The notes under the pieces: generated by a model
Told to the model about the DNA's origin: nothing
Database searches by the model: none
The model's input: the letters and a program-made list of their open reading frames with translations, nothing else
Part shown: piece after piece, positions 37,418-45,467 of the stretch
How the letters are laid out: each line of letters opens with the position of its first letter
How positions within the stretch are numbered: position 1 is the stretch's first letter
NCBI GenBank assembly: GCA_036400935.1
Contig: DASWWW010000002.1
Span: forward strand, 201,529-265,528
Direction of reading: 5' to 3'
Length of the DNA: 64,000 nt
Source of the DNA: Minisyncoccota bacterium
GTDB taxonomy: Bacteria; Patescibacteriota; Minisyncoccia; Phycocordibacterales; UBA6065
Made by a program: the position numbers and the translations under genes

Positions 37418-38011
37418 CTACACCAGGGTTGCCTTCGTCGCTTGTTTCCTCCACAAGATCGCGTACAGAGTCCCCACCGTCGCTACGAGGACGCTCGGAT
37501 ACAGCCACACCGCCCAACCAGTATCGGTGCCGAACACCACGACGAGCAGGTTCAAGATAACGCCGAAGAAAAAGAAGCTCCAGGCGATCTTGCTCTCGCT
37601 TGTGGGCGCGAGCCATGCCTTGCGGATAGTCGGGATATAGCCCGTCACGTAGACGATGAGGTTCGCGACGAGGGCGATCAGTGCGTTGCCGGTAAAGTAC
37701 CACAATGCGAGACTCGAGATGGAAATGAAGAGCGAAATCCGGTCAGTCTTGGACCAGCCGCCCACGCCGAGTGGCAAGGCAAAGAGAAAGATGAGCGTGC
37801 ACCCCACCGCATCCGCGATCGGCACCCAGATGGCCTCGTGCGTGCCGGTCTCCTTTACGCCGAACAGAAGAGTGACCGTCGAGAGCGCCCAGATGAACCA
37901 CGACGCGCGGTTCGGGATCGTCTTCTTGCGCAAGACCTCCCATATATAAGGAATGTATCCGCCAATGAGCAAAACCCCGGCCGCCACCGACAATGTGTGT
38001 ATGGAAATCAT
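37418..38011 (-). CDS. polytopic membrane protein (hypothetical)
   Basis: 197 aa; 6 hydrophobic helices; no motif. Confidence 0.5.
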   Translation of the reverse strand: MISIHTLSVAAGVLLIGGYIPYIWEVLRKKTIPNRASWFIWALSTVTLLFGVKETGTHEAIWVPIADAVGCTLIFLFALPLGVGGWSKTDRISLFISISSLALWYFTGNALIALVANLIVYVTGYIPTIRKAWLAPTSESKIAWSFFFFGVILNLLVVVFGTDTGWAVWLYPSVLVATVGTLYAILWRKQATKATLV

Positions 38012-38107
38012 ACGCGAAGTATATCAGCTTCATTTTTTGGGCCAAATGTGCTAATTTCAAATGACTCGCGGCGGGCAGATCGATAGGCCCACATCCGCGC
38101 AGCATAT

Positions 38108-38178
38108 TGCCGGATCGTCTAAAGGCAGGACGTCGCTCTCTGAAAGCGAAAATTTTGGTTCGATTCCAAGTCCGGCAA
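38108..38178 (+). tRNA. tRNA-Gln (anticodon CTG)
   Basis: Manual fold: acceptor tgccgga/tccggca (U1:A72), D-stem gtct/ggac with GG in loop, anticodon stem tcgct/agcga with loop ctCTGaa (U33, A37), 4-nt variable loop, T-stem tttgg/ccaag with TTCGATT loop; discriminator A; no encoded CCA. Confidence 0.75.
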
Positions 38179-38222
38179 CACGCACAGAAAAACCAGTCTT
38201 AAGACTGGTTTTTCTGTGCGTG
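38179..38222. terminator. long perfect hairpin (≈20-bp stem) immediately 3' of tRNA-Gln
   Basis: cacgcacagaaaaaccagtc tta agactggtttttctgtgcgtg; A- and T-runs inside make it bidirectional terminator-like. Confidence 0.55.
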
Positions 38223-38394
38223 TTTGAGGAGAAGCGCTGCCAGTGGCAGCGCGACTTGGAATCGAAGCCGTTCTCCCATATTTTCGAGCGTTTCCACGCG
38301 AGAAAATGGGAAACGGGTACTGACCCTGTAAGGGTCGATGAAAAGTCGACAATAACATATCAAAATAAAAGAGACCCGAGGGCCTCTATGAAAA

Positions 38395-38958
38395 CTACCG
38401 GTCGAAGTCGAACCGGCTCGCGGGAGCGATCGCAATGAAATAAAGGTGCCACCTGGACCGATCTATCTGTATGACCTCACCCTCATTGCCGAGCTCGCAA
38501 GCGACAAAAACATGCGGCTCGCCCTTCCACATGATTTCCATGGATCGCGTCAGCCGCCTGCCAACGAGCTGCCTGAATATTTCTTCGGGAGGGGGCGGGG
38601 TGCTTTTGTCATCAGTACCGAACTTGGTGACAGGAATCCCAAACTCGCCCGGAAGGTCGATATGGCAGCACCAGTTCCAAATGCGATCCTCTTCAGCACT
38701 CTCGTGCACGTGAATGCCGCCCGATGTCGTCCGCTCGTACGCGAGCCGCTCCAAGAGCGACCGCGGAACCGGCCATTTTCCGACGGCAATGAGTTTGCCG
38801 ATCTGATCGAGCGACTTGTCTGCTTCCGGATGCGTGGTGCAGAGGGTATGAAGCATTTCCGGATAACCCCCGTTCTTGACGATGGCTTCGGTAAGCTTCT
38901 GCAGGAACTGCATGCCCATTCCGAGACCGGACACTAACTGCGATGGCGTATTTTTCAT
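38395..38958 (-). CDS. hypothetical protein
   Basis: 187-aa ORF; composition more protein-like than overlapping plus-strand ORF 38446..38937; no motif. Confidence 0.35.
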   Translation of the reverse strand: MKNTPSQLVSGLGMGMQFLQKLTEAIVKNGGYPEMLHTLCTTHPEADKSLDQIGKLIAVGKWPVPRSLLERLAYERTTSGGIHVHESAEEDRIWNWCCHIDLPGEFGIPVTKFGTDDKSTPPPPEEIFRQLVGRRLTRSMEIMWKGEPHVFVACELGNEGEVIQIDRSRWHLYFIAIAPASRFDFDR

Positions 38959-38969
38959 GAACTAAGATG

Positions 38970-38996
38970 CATGGCTTGTCCAACCTTCCCGAACTG
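38970..38996 (+). repeat. degenerate copy (R0) of intergenic repeat family
   Basis: catggcttgtccaaccttcccgaactg aligns with R1 (catggcttaaccagagttccaacatcgtcccacactg) with internal deletions. Confidence 0.3.
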
Positions 38997-39099
38997 TACG
39001 GGCTCTCGGACTTACCCATGATCCGTTCGCTACATTACAACGAAAATATAAAAAATCAAGTGGTTCGTGGTGGCTCCACGGCTTCGAATTATCACTTTC

Positions 39100-39151
39100 T
39101 TTCAAAACATGGCTTAACCAGAGTTCCAACATCGTCCCACACTGCCAACAA
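39100..39151 (+). repeat. intergenic repeat R1 (core GTTCCAACATCGTCCCACACTGCCAACAA)
   Basis: Core 39123-39151; shares extended 5' arm tttcaaa..cttaaccag with R2; ~37 bp upstream of ATG 39187. Confidence 0.7.
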
Positions 39152-39186
39152 TTGAAGTTTCGCTCGGAAAGTGATAGTTTTGCATA

Positions 39187-39844
39187 TATGTCAACGCCCG
39201 TTTGCTCGACGGATTTCATGAAAGATTCCCTGAAGTTCTTCACGAAAGAGCTCGTGTATTCGTGGTTCGAGCACTGCAAGAAAATGGACGCCGTTTTGAA
39301 GGACGAAATCGAAGGCAATCTCGAAAAGTTTGCAAAGAACCAGAACTGCTTGCCCGGGGAGCTTGAGGCAAGATTCGTAAAAGCCCTGAAAGATTCCTCG
39401 ATTCCCCTTAGTTACAATCTCGCGAACTTGGAGGCGTATCACGGCTACAGCGTCTACGCCTTTCCGGACAACGGAAAAATAAACAAGGATAGCGGAAAGC
39501 CCGACCTCTATTACGGCATCGCGAAGGCTAACGTATTCGGAGTGACGCATACTCACAAATTGAGCGACGCCTTCAACTACATCCTCGACGGCGAAGGAGT
39601 GTTCACGGGTGATCCGGAGGACAAAGGAAAATTCCCTTTCCATTACCACGGCAGGCCGATGGTTGAGGGCGCCCAATTCGAAATTCCAATTGGCATGACG
39701 CACGGGCATCTGGTGAAGAAAGGAAACGACATCTGGTTCCTCTTCGTGCAGGAGTGCGGATTCAAGCCAAAGCTGCGCTGTGCCGGCGATTTCTATACGG
39801 TTAATGGCTATAACAAGGGGCAGTTCGGCCCCTACTACGTCTAG
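39187..39844 (+). CDS. cupin-domain protein (hypothetical)
   Basis: Track ORF starts at TTG 39152 inside repeat R1; ATG 39187 (MSTPVCSTDF...) more likely. C-terminal GVTHTHKLSDAFNYILDGEGVF...HYHG cupin-like motifs. Confidence 0.55.
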
Positions 39845-39848
39845 CCAA

Positions 39849-39900
39849 TTTCAAATGACGACTTAACCAGGGTTCCAACATCGTCCCAGACGGCCAACCA
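39849..39900 (+). repeat. intergenic repeat R2
   Basis: tttcaaatgacgacttaaccagGGTTCCAACATCGTCCCAGACGGCCAACCA; 28 bp upstream of ATG 39928. Confidence 0.7.
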
Positions 39901-39927
39901 GCAAAAGTTTTGTGCTAGCATATCCTC

Positions 39928-40323
39928 ATGCGAAGACCGAAAATTCTCGAAGATGCAGGTTTTGATATATATGCCGACACTTCTCGGCTGCGGGATTTGC
40001 CGTTGCCGGTGACGCAGGTGGAAGTCAAAGAACTCGCTTGGTACTTTGACCTGCCCGTATGGGAAAAGGAAGGGACCGACGAATGGAACCTGACCCCGCG
40101 GGAGGTCATGGACGGCAAGGAAGGCTCTGCTGAGCATAAGTCGAAGGTGGACGAATCCGATCTGGGCTTTCCGATTGTGATTGTCCGCAACAGGGACAAG
40201 TGGGTCATTCTCGACGGCATCCACAGGCTCGTCAAGGCGTACCTTTTAGGGAAAGAGACGATTGATGCAAAAATAGTTACCAAGGGCGACCGGTATCTTC
40301 AATCCGCTCAGAAAACGGCCTGA
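39928..40323 (+). CDS. ParB/sulfiredoxin-like domain protein (hypothetical)
   Basis: 131 aa; WVILDGIHRLVKAY resembles ParB-N/Srx DGxHR motif. Confidence 0.45.
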   Translation: MRRPKILEDAGFDIYADTSRLRDLPLPVTQVEVKELAWYFDLPVWEKEGTDEWNLTPREVMDGKEGSAEHKSKVDESDLGFPIVIVRNRDKWVILDGIHRLVKAYLLGKETIDAKIVTKGDRYLQSAQKTA

Positions 40324-40328
40324 TCAAG

Positions 40329-40357
40329 GTTCCAACATCGTCCCACACTGCCAACAA
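40329..40357 (+). repeat. intergenic repeat R3
   Basis: GTTCCAACATCGTCCCACACTGCCAACAAA; 26 bp upstream of ATG 40384 (AGGTG SD-like between). Confidence 0.7.
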
Positions 40358-40383
40358 ATAAGTTTGGTACAATTAGGTGCGAG

Positions 40384-40737
40384 ATGAAATACTGGATTAA
40401 CAGACTTTCGCATCCGCTCCGAGGCCTGAAGTATGCCTTCACCCGCGACTTTGCTGTCCGCTTCGAGACTATTGTGTTTGGAATTATTGGAATACCAGCG
40501 GTCTACTTTTTCTTTGGGCCGCTTTCGGCGAAAGAACTGTTGTTATTGATATTCTGCTGGTTTTTCATTATAGTCACCGAAATTCAAAATACGTCTATTG
40601 AAATAGCGCTCACGAAGCTTCATCCTGAGCATGATGAGGCAATTGGTCGAAGCAAGGACTTAGCTTCGGCAGCTGTGGTATGGGCTTTCGTGTTTGGGCT
40701 AGTCAGTCTGATATTCGTGCTCTGTCGAAAGCTTTAG
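40384..40737 (+). CDS. diacylglycerol kinase (DgkA/undecaprenol kinase) family protein
   Basis: 117 aa, 3 TM; conserved E..N.AIE / IEIALTKLHPEHD-like DgkA core. Confidence 0.7.
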   Translation: MKYWINRLSHPLRGLKYAFTRDFAVRFETIVFGIIGIPAVYFFFGPLSAKELLLLIFCWFFIIVTEIQNTSIEIALTKLHPEHDEAIGRSKDLASAAVVWAFVFGLVSLIFVLCRKL

Positions 40738-40741
40738 AAAA

Positions 40742-40771
40742 GTTCCAACATCGTCCCACACGGCCAACCAA
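40742..40771 (+). repeat. intergenic repeat R4
   Basis: GTTCCAACATCGTCCCACACGGCCAACCAA; 46 bp upstream of ATG 40818. Confidence 0.7.
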
Positions 40772-40817
40772 GTTGAGATTAGTTCATATCGCCCAAGTTC
40801 CGTTGTAAGATACAGAC

Positions 40818-41345
40818 ATGCGCATCACAATCCTCGGGCTTCCGGGAAGCGGAAAATCCACTCTTGCGCGCAATATTGCGGAAAGACTTCATATTCCCCA
40901 CATCCATATCGATCGCTTTTGGGTTGAGGCGGGAGGCGGCCACAATGTTCGAACCACTCAAGACCCAAAGCGAACGCACGAGCATGTCAGGACGAAAGTC
41001 CTCGAGGCGATACAGGGAGAATCATGGGTGTCTGACGGCGTCTACGGCCTTATCCAGCCAGAGATAGCCAGGCGAGCTGAAGCCATAGTCTTTCTCGACA
41101 CCCCCTTCTGGCGAAGACTAATCAATCACGCGCTGCGAACCGTACGTCGCAAGCATCGACGGGATGAGATGACGTTCTGGGGAGACGTCGAATTCTTTAG
41201 GGAGCTGGTTGCGCGTGAGATGCGGGACAAGTCAAAGATAATGAAGTTCGTGGAAACGTATCCCGCAAAATCAGTCGTCCTGAAAAACAGGAAAGAGGTC
41301 AGACGATACCTAGCAGGCATCGCTCGGGATGGGTCGATTCAATGA
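40818..41345 (+). CDS. P-loop NTPase (adenylate-kinase/topology-modulation-protein-like AAA family)
   Basis: 175 aa; Walker A ILGLPGSGKSTLARNIA at N-terminus. Confidence 0.65.
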   Translation: MRITILGLPGSGKSTLARNIAERLHIPHIHIDRFWVEAGGGHNVRTTQDPKRTHEHVRTKVLEAIQGESWVSDGVYGLIQPEIARRAEAIVFLDTPFWRRLINHALRTVRRKHRRDEMTFWGDVEFFRELVAREMRDKSKIMKFVETYPAKSVVLKNRKEVRRYLAGIARDGSIQ

Positions 41346-41409
41346 CGCCGCCGACGCTCAAGTCGATGGAAGAGACGGCAACAAGAAATTTCTTTGCTAC
41401 AATTGAGCC

Positions 41410-41670
41410 ATGGATAATCTGATTGAGTTTTTTACAAAATTCTACGGCATCGATATCTTCGCAATGCTCCTGACTTTCACAGGCATCTACCTTATTGGTA
41501 ACAAGAAAAAGTACGGTTTCATCGTCGCACTTTTCGGAAACATAATCTGGGTATGTCTCGGTCTTTGGGTTCAGTCTATTGGGCTCATGTTCGCAAATTT
41601 CGTGATCGTAATTCTGTATGTGAGAAACTATATCAAATGGAAAGAATCTACTGATTCTGAGGTGAAATAA
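41410..41670 (+). CDS. small membrane protein (hypothetical)
   Basis: 86 aa, 3 hydrophobic helices; AT-richer than backbone. Confidence 0.4.
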   Translation: MDNLIEFFTKFYGIDIFAMLLTFTGIYLIGNKKKYGFIVALFGNIIWVCLGLWVQSIGLMFANFVIVILYVRNYIKWKESTDSEVK

Positions 41671-41903
41671 GCTCCCACATGCAAACACATTCCTCTCTCA
41701 AACCTATCCCCTCAGACAAACGCATAGTCATCAACGCCACCATGGGCACCGAAACACTCGCCTCCGCCAACGACATATTCAGCTACATCAGCCCCGACTT
41801 CAAAAACTGAGGATGCGACAAGACCGAGAAAGCAACTCCCGAAACGACTGTTGAAATATACGAGCAAACTGAAGACGCCGATTATCCCGCGATCTTCGGT
41901 AAC

Positions 41904-42167
41904 TTGAGCCAGAATCTCGACCAACTAATACTAACTACCCCGCAGATCAAAAGCTTCGTACTAAATCACGCACAGGATTTTCTTCTCGATGCAGAATGGA
42001 CTTGCTTCCGCTTTCTTTTTAAGGCGAATAACGAATTCTTCATTGCCGACGTGCGCATTCTCTCTAATGGCGAGCGCGCAGTTCGTGTCAGCCGCTTCCT
42101 GGACGGCTCCGTCCGACATGCCCAATACCGCCACCGCATCGTGGTTCCGCAACTTGCCGCAAACTAG
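41904..42167 (+). pseudogene. possible N-terminally truncated gene remnant (TTG-initiated ORF)
   Basis: Protein-like reading frame extends upstream of TTG without any ATG until an in-frame TGA; suggests 5'-truncated fragment. Confidence 0.25.
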
Positions 42168-42173
42168 ATCCGT

Positions 42174-43733
42174 CTACTGAGCAACATAAATATCTACCGA
42201 TTTCTGCGAGATGACAGCCCCAGACAGATTTTTCGACGTGAACGTAATCGTGTACGGCCCGCTACCCTTCCAAGTCCAGCCAGTAAATTCAACCCAAGCC
42301 TCCTTGTGAGGATAATCCTCATCGCTACTGTACATGTGCACAAGATCGCCCGAGTCCACGCTCCAGTAGGACTCATACTCAGAGACCGGTTTGTTCTGCA
42401 CCATTATTTTAAATGGCTGGAGGCCAGATACCCACGCATTGTTTGTTGGCCACCAGATTTCAGTTTCAAAAGAGGTAGGATCCGTTGAGGTCCCTGTAGG
42501 CGGATTAGGGTCGGTCGGCGTCGTCTTCGTGAACCACGTACGTATCGTGCTCTCTGCCGGTTTGTTATGAGGCGAGTAGTCCGTATTGCCTTCGCCGCCG
42601 TGATTTGGATCGCTGTGCCAGTCCCATATCATGATGCCGGCAAAATATGATTTCGTATTCCAATATTCGAACAAGCCCTGATATAGATGATCCTGCTCGG
42701 CTGCATTGTACGCTCCGCTCATGCCCGAATCCCAAGGCCTCGCGTGCGCGCCGTCAGCGCTCTTGTAGCCGACTTCGGTGAATATGATCGGCTTGTTATA
42801 TGCACTCTGCAAGACAGATACCTGACGATTGTCTATGTCCCTCCATGCATTTACGACTGACTGCGCGGAGCCGTCGCTAGCGATGGGAAAATAGGCGGAG
42901 ATGCCGATATAGTCGAGGCTGTTCCAGAACTTGATATTTTCAAACTCGTTTTCATAGTTGTTTCCAATACCCCAGTTGGCGCTGTACGTTAGAAGTCCCG
43001 AATAGTTGGAGCGCAGGCTAGCGATCATCGTTTCCCAACGCGCGGTATTGTCTTGATTTGGAAACGACGAAGCCATGCCGATGAGCTCGGTTCCCACTAC
43101 TATCATTTCGACATCGTGCGATTCGCCTATCTCACCCAAATGATTGAGCATCGCGCTGTATTTTGAATACCACTCGTCGCGATTTTCGGCGCGAATATTG
43201 CCTCGCCAGTTTGCCGTCCAATCCTCCAGATGCGGCTTGAGAGTCACCTTCATTCCGAGACCGTGGATAAAATCTATAGCGCCGATCAGGGTCTCGTCCG
43301 ACGGTGTATTAGGAGCATTGCCAATATCCGACGAGGTCGTATTGGTCTGGATATACGGAACGACTAAGTTCACGCCTGTTGCGCCCATGTCGCGAGCGTT
43401 CCGCACCGATTGCTTGAAGTTCTCAGACGCCCAATCTCCCGGCCACTGGGATGTGATGCTGACGCTCTTTGCTATCCAATCCGGTGCGGCCGCCTCGGCA
43501 CGAGAAGGCAATGCCGAGAACGATGAGCCGATCACAGCCATGCCCAGTGCCGCCGATACGAAAGTCTGCAGAAAGGCCCGTCTCGAAGCTTGCTTGTGTA
43601 TCATGGTGAGAAATTTAAGGGCTAATACAGCCATGACGTCACACACATGCCTTTGTTGCAAGGATTGGACTTGCGCACACAGAATATGTGGTTTGTATTT
43701 TTTTCGATCACGTAACCTTGGTTCCAGCATCAT
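42174..43733 (-). CDS. secreted glycoside hydrolase (clan GH-A TIM-barrel, GH5/GH113-like) with C-terminal ~100-aa domain shared with GH6 protein
   Basis: 519 aa as tracked; probable start at internal Met giving Tat-type signal (MIHKQASRRAFLQTFVSAALGMAVIGSS); catalytic-nucleophile-like TEVGY and upstream NE/acid-base region; C-terminal EIWWPTNNAWVSGLQPFKIMV...YESYWSVDSGD domain. Confidence 0.7.
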   Translation of the reverse strand: MMLEPRLRDRKKYKPHILCAQVQSLQQRHVCDVMAVLALKFLTMIHKQASRRAFLQTFVSAALGMAVIGSSFSALPSRAEAAAPDWIAKSVSITSQWPGDWASENFKQSVRNARDMGATGVNLVVPYIQTNTTSSDIGNAPNTPSDETLIGAIDFIHGLGMKVTLKPHLEDWTANWRGNIRAENRDEWYSKYSAMLNHLGEIGESHDVEMIVVGTELIGMASSFPNQDNTARWETMIASLRSNYSGLLTYSANWGIGNNYENEFENIKFWNSLDYIGISAYFPIASDGSAQSVVNAWRDIDNRQVSVLQSAYNKPIIFTEVGYKSADGAHARPWDSGMSGAYNAAEQDHLYQGLFEYWNTKSYFAGIMIWDWHSDPNHGGEGNTDYSPHNKPAESTIRTWFTKTTPTDPNPPTGTSTDPTSFETEIWWPTNNAWVSGLQPFKIMVQNKPVSEYESYWSVDSGDLVHMYSSDEDYPHKEAWVEFTGWTWKGSGPYTITFTSKNLSGAVISQKSVDIYVAQ

Positions 43734-43792
43734 CCTGCGCCATCGACAATTGGCGAGAGAAAACCACCCCAGAAAGGGTGGTTTTCTCTCGT

Positions 43793-44185
43793 CTACTGGT
43801 TATACCAGCCCTTGAGCCATGCTCTCATTTGGGAAATCTCCTGCGTCTGCGCCGAGATTATGTCGTTCGCCATGCTCTTTATTTCTAGGTGCTTGGCTGA
43901 CTGAAGGGCGGTTCGCGCCATATCGACCGCGCCCTCATGATGAACGATCATCTCGGAGAGAAATGCCATATCGAATTCGTCACCCGATTTCCCCTCAAGG
44001 GCCGCGCCCATATCCGCCATCATGCCCTGCATGCTTGCCCCATTGCCCATAATCGAGCCGTCCGGCATCCGATGAGCATTCATAGCAAGCGCGTCAGTTA
44101 GGCAATTTGCTCCAATGCAATAGCCAGCGAGAACACCGATTACGAGAACAAATCCCGTGATTGCGACAAATATCTTTTTTTCCAT
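43793..44185 (-). CDS. DUF305-family protein (four-helix-bundle, metal-binding)
   Basis: 130 aa; signal/TM; FLSEMIVHHEGAVDMA ... duplicated helical motif typical of DUF305. Confidence 0.65.
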   Translation of the reverse strand: MEKKIFVAITGFVLVIGVLAGYCIGANCLTDALAMNAHRMPDGSIMGNGASMQGMMADMGAALEGKSGDEFDMAFLSEMIVHHEGAVDMARTALQSAKHLEIKSMANDIISAQTQEISQMRAWLKGWYNQ

Positions 44186-44220
44186 AAGTTTAAGTTAGTT
44201 AATAAACCGACGGAAACAAC

Positions 44221-44598
44221 TTATGGTCTCTTTGGATGAATGACTCCCCGCGAGAACGCCAGCTGGTACTGGCTTCTCGGTATGACAACCATCGACAGCT
44301 TCGTGAAGGCGCTTTCCGCCTGAGGAGGCGAGGCCGCCAATTCGAGCCGATACCAATGTATGGCGACCACCATTAAGAAAGCGGCAATAGCCAATAGCGT
44401 CGGAATAACGGCCGCAAACATCTCTCCCCACTCCGACGCATGCTCGAGGGCGTTCATAGAGCAGACGACCTGCTCGCCTGGCATAAACGGGCAGCTGACG
44501 ACGTGATCGTGATGGTTCATTCCGGCCACGAGCAAGAAGCCCAGCCCTCCGAAGGCGGCATACGAGAGAACTATGGCTACGGCTGTAAATCGCTTCAT
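44221..44598 (-). CDS. small membrane protein with HHDH/Cys motifs (putative metal-related)
   Basis: 125 aa; MNHHDHVVSCPFMPGEQVVCSMNALEHA between two TM helices; adjacent to DUF305. Confidence 0.45.
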   Translation of the reverse strand: MKRFTAVAIVLSYAAFGGLGFLLVAGMNHHDHVVSCPFMPGEQVVCSMNALEHASEWGEMFAAVIPTLLAIAAFLMVVAIHWYRLELAASPPQAESAFTKLSMVVIPRSQYQLAFSRGVIHPKRP

Positions 44599-44721
44599 GT
44601 TCAGGAAATTATAGCAAAATTAGACATCGCGGTCTCAGAGGACCTTAATATCGTTGACTTCCCCCGCGCCCTGCCCTAATCTCAGACCCAGACAGCAACC
44701 CTCAATCCAAAAGGACCCAAC

Positions 44722-45360
44722 ATGCTCGACCTTATCGAGCCCCTCAAGGCAAAAATCATAATCGCCCTTATAATCGGCTCAGTCGTCGCCATCCTCTATT
44801 TCTTCCTCGACATTTTCTTCTTCCTCACGGGAAAGCACTTCGGCAGGATGAACATCTATCTGATCCACTTTACCCGAAACGAATTCGAAAAACCGCCAGA
44901 AGACACGATGAATTCGCGCCTCATAGGATCGAAACTCTCGATACAGGACGACATCTACAAAAATCGCTGGCTGTTCTGGCGAATGATCTTCGTCGGGCTT
45001 AAAGCGACGCTCGACTGTCCCGTACTCGATTTCGGCAAGGGCGCGAACAAGTGGCTCATGCCGATACGATCATGGTTCGTCTCGAACCGGACCAGCGCGA
45101 GCGAGCTGAAACGGGCGAACGGTTTTCCCTTCAAGGAGGAAAAATACACCCTGACTGTCGTCTACGACTTGTCCGACGAGGGCAAGCGCAGCCGCGTACT
45201 CAAGGCGTACCTCATCCGCTCCAAAGATCTCAAAAGCTTCCAGAGTTATCTTGAACGGCCTCCAAAATCGGGCAAGAACTTCGAGCTCTTCAAGAAGATC
45301 GCTCAAGCGTATAAGGATAGGAAAGGCAGCTTCGTGACGGTCATGATAACGGCCGCATGA
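44722..45360 (+). CDS. membrane-anchored protein with C-terminal Cas2-like (ferredoxin-fold endoribonuclease-like) domain
   Basis: 212 aa; N-terminal TM; C-terminal YTLTVVYDLSDEGKRSRVLKAYL...FQSYLE...FELFKKIAQAYKDRKGSFVTVMI follows Cas2 beta1-alpha1-beta2-alpha2-beta pattern (VVYDI..RR..V.K.L, SVFE, D S(V)RIY equivalents). Assignment by eye only. Confidence 0.45.
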   Translation: MLDLIEPLKAKIIIALIIGSVVAILYFFLDIFFFLTGKHFGRMNIYLIHFTRNEFEKPPEDTMNSRLIGSKLSIQDDIYKNRWLFWRMIFVGLKATLDCPVLDFGKGANKWLMPIRSWFVSNRTSASELKRANGFPFKEEKYTLTVVYDLSDEGKRSRVLKAYLIRSKDLKSFQSYLERPPKSGKNFELFKKIAQAYKDRKGSFVTVMITAA

Positions 45361-45367
45361 CGCCCTC

Positions 45368-45394
45368 AAGCCTCCAGAATCGGAGGCTTTTTTA
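45368..45394 (+). terminator. rho-independent terminator
   Basis: aagcctccagaatcggaggctt + TTTTTAT. Confidence 0.55.
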
Positions 45395-45467
45395 TGCAAA
45401 GCACACCTTTACACCATGGACAAACCGTCCAATCAGGAGGATGATTGTAGCAACTTAACCAAAACCC

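Noticed and set aside
37056-37703. 215-aa minus-strand ORF bridging nhaD-like and membrane-protein genes
   Set aside because: Out-of-frame overlap with two well-supported membrane-protein ORFs; Arg-rich.
38061-38438. 125-aa plus-strand ORF
   Set aside because: Spans the tRNA-Gln and its terminator hairpin; translation includes the tRNA sequence.
38967-39155. 62-aa ORF overlapping repeats R0 and R1
   Set aside because: Its sequence is essentially the two repeat copies read in-frame; more likely a chance ORF across repeats than a gene (could at most be a decayed cassette).
39100-40772. Repeats R1–R4 as a CRISPR array
   Set aside because: Spacing is 749/457/413 bp with complete genes between copies; repeat is not palindromic; no cas1/cas genes adjacent.
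39100-40772. Repeats R1–R4 as canonical integron attC sites
   Set aside because: No intI tyrosine recombinase nearby and no GTTRRRY / RYYYAAC core pair or extended imperfect palindrome; reported instead as a cassette-like array of unknown mechanism.
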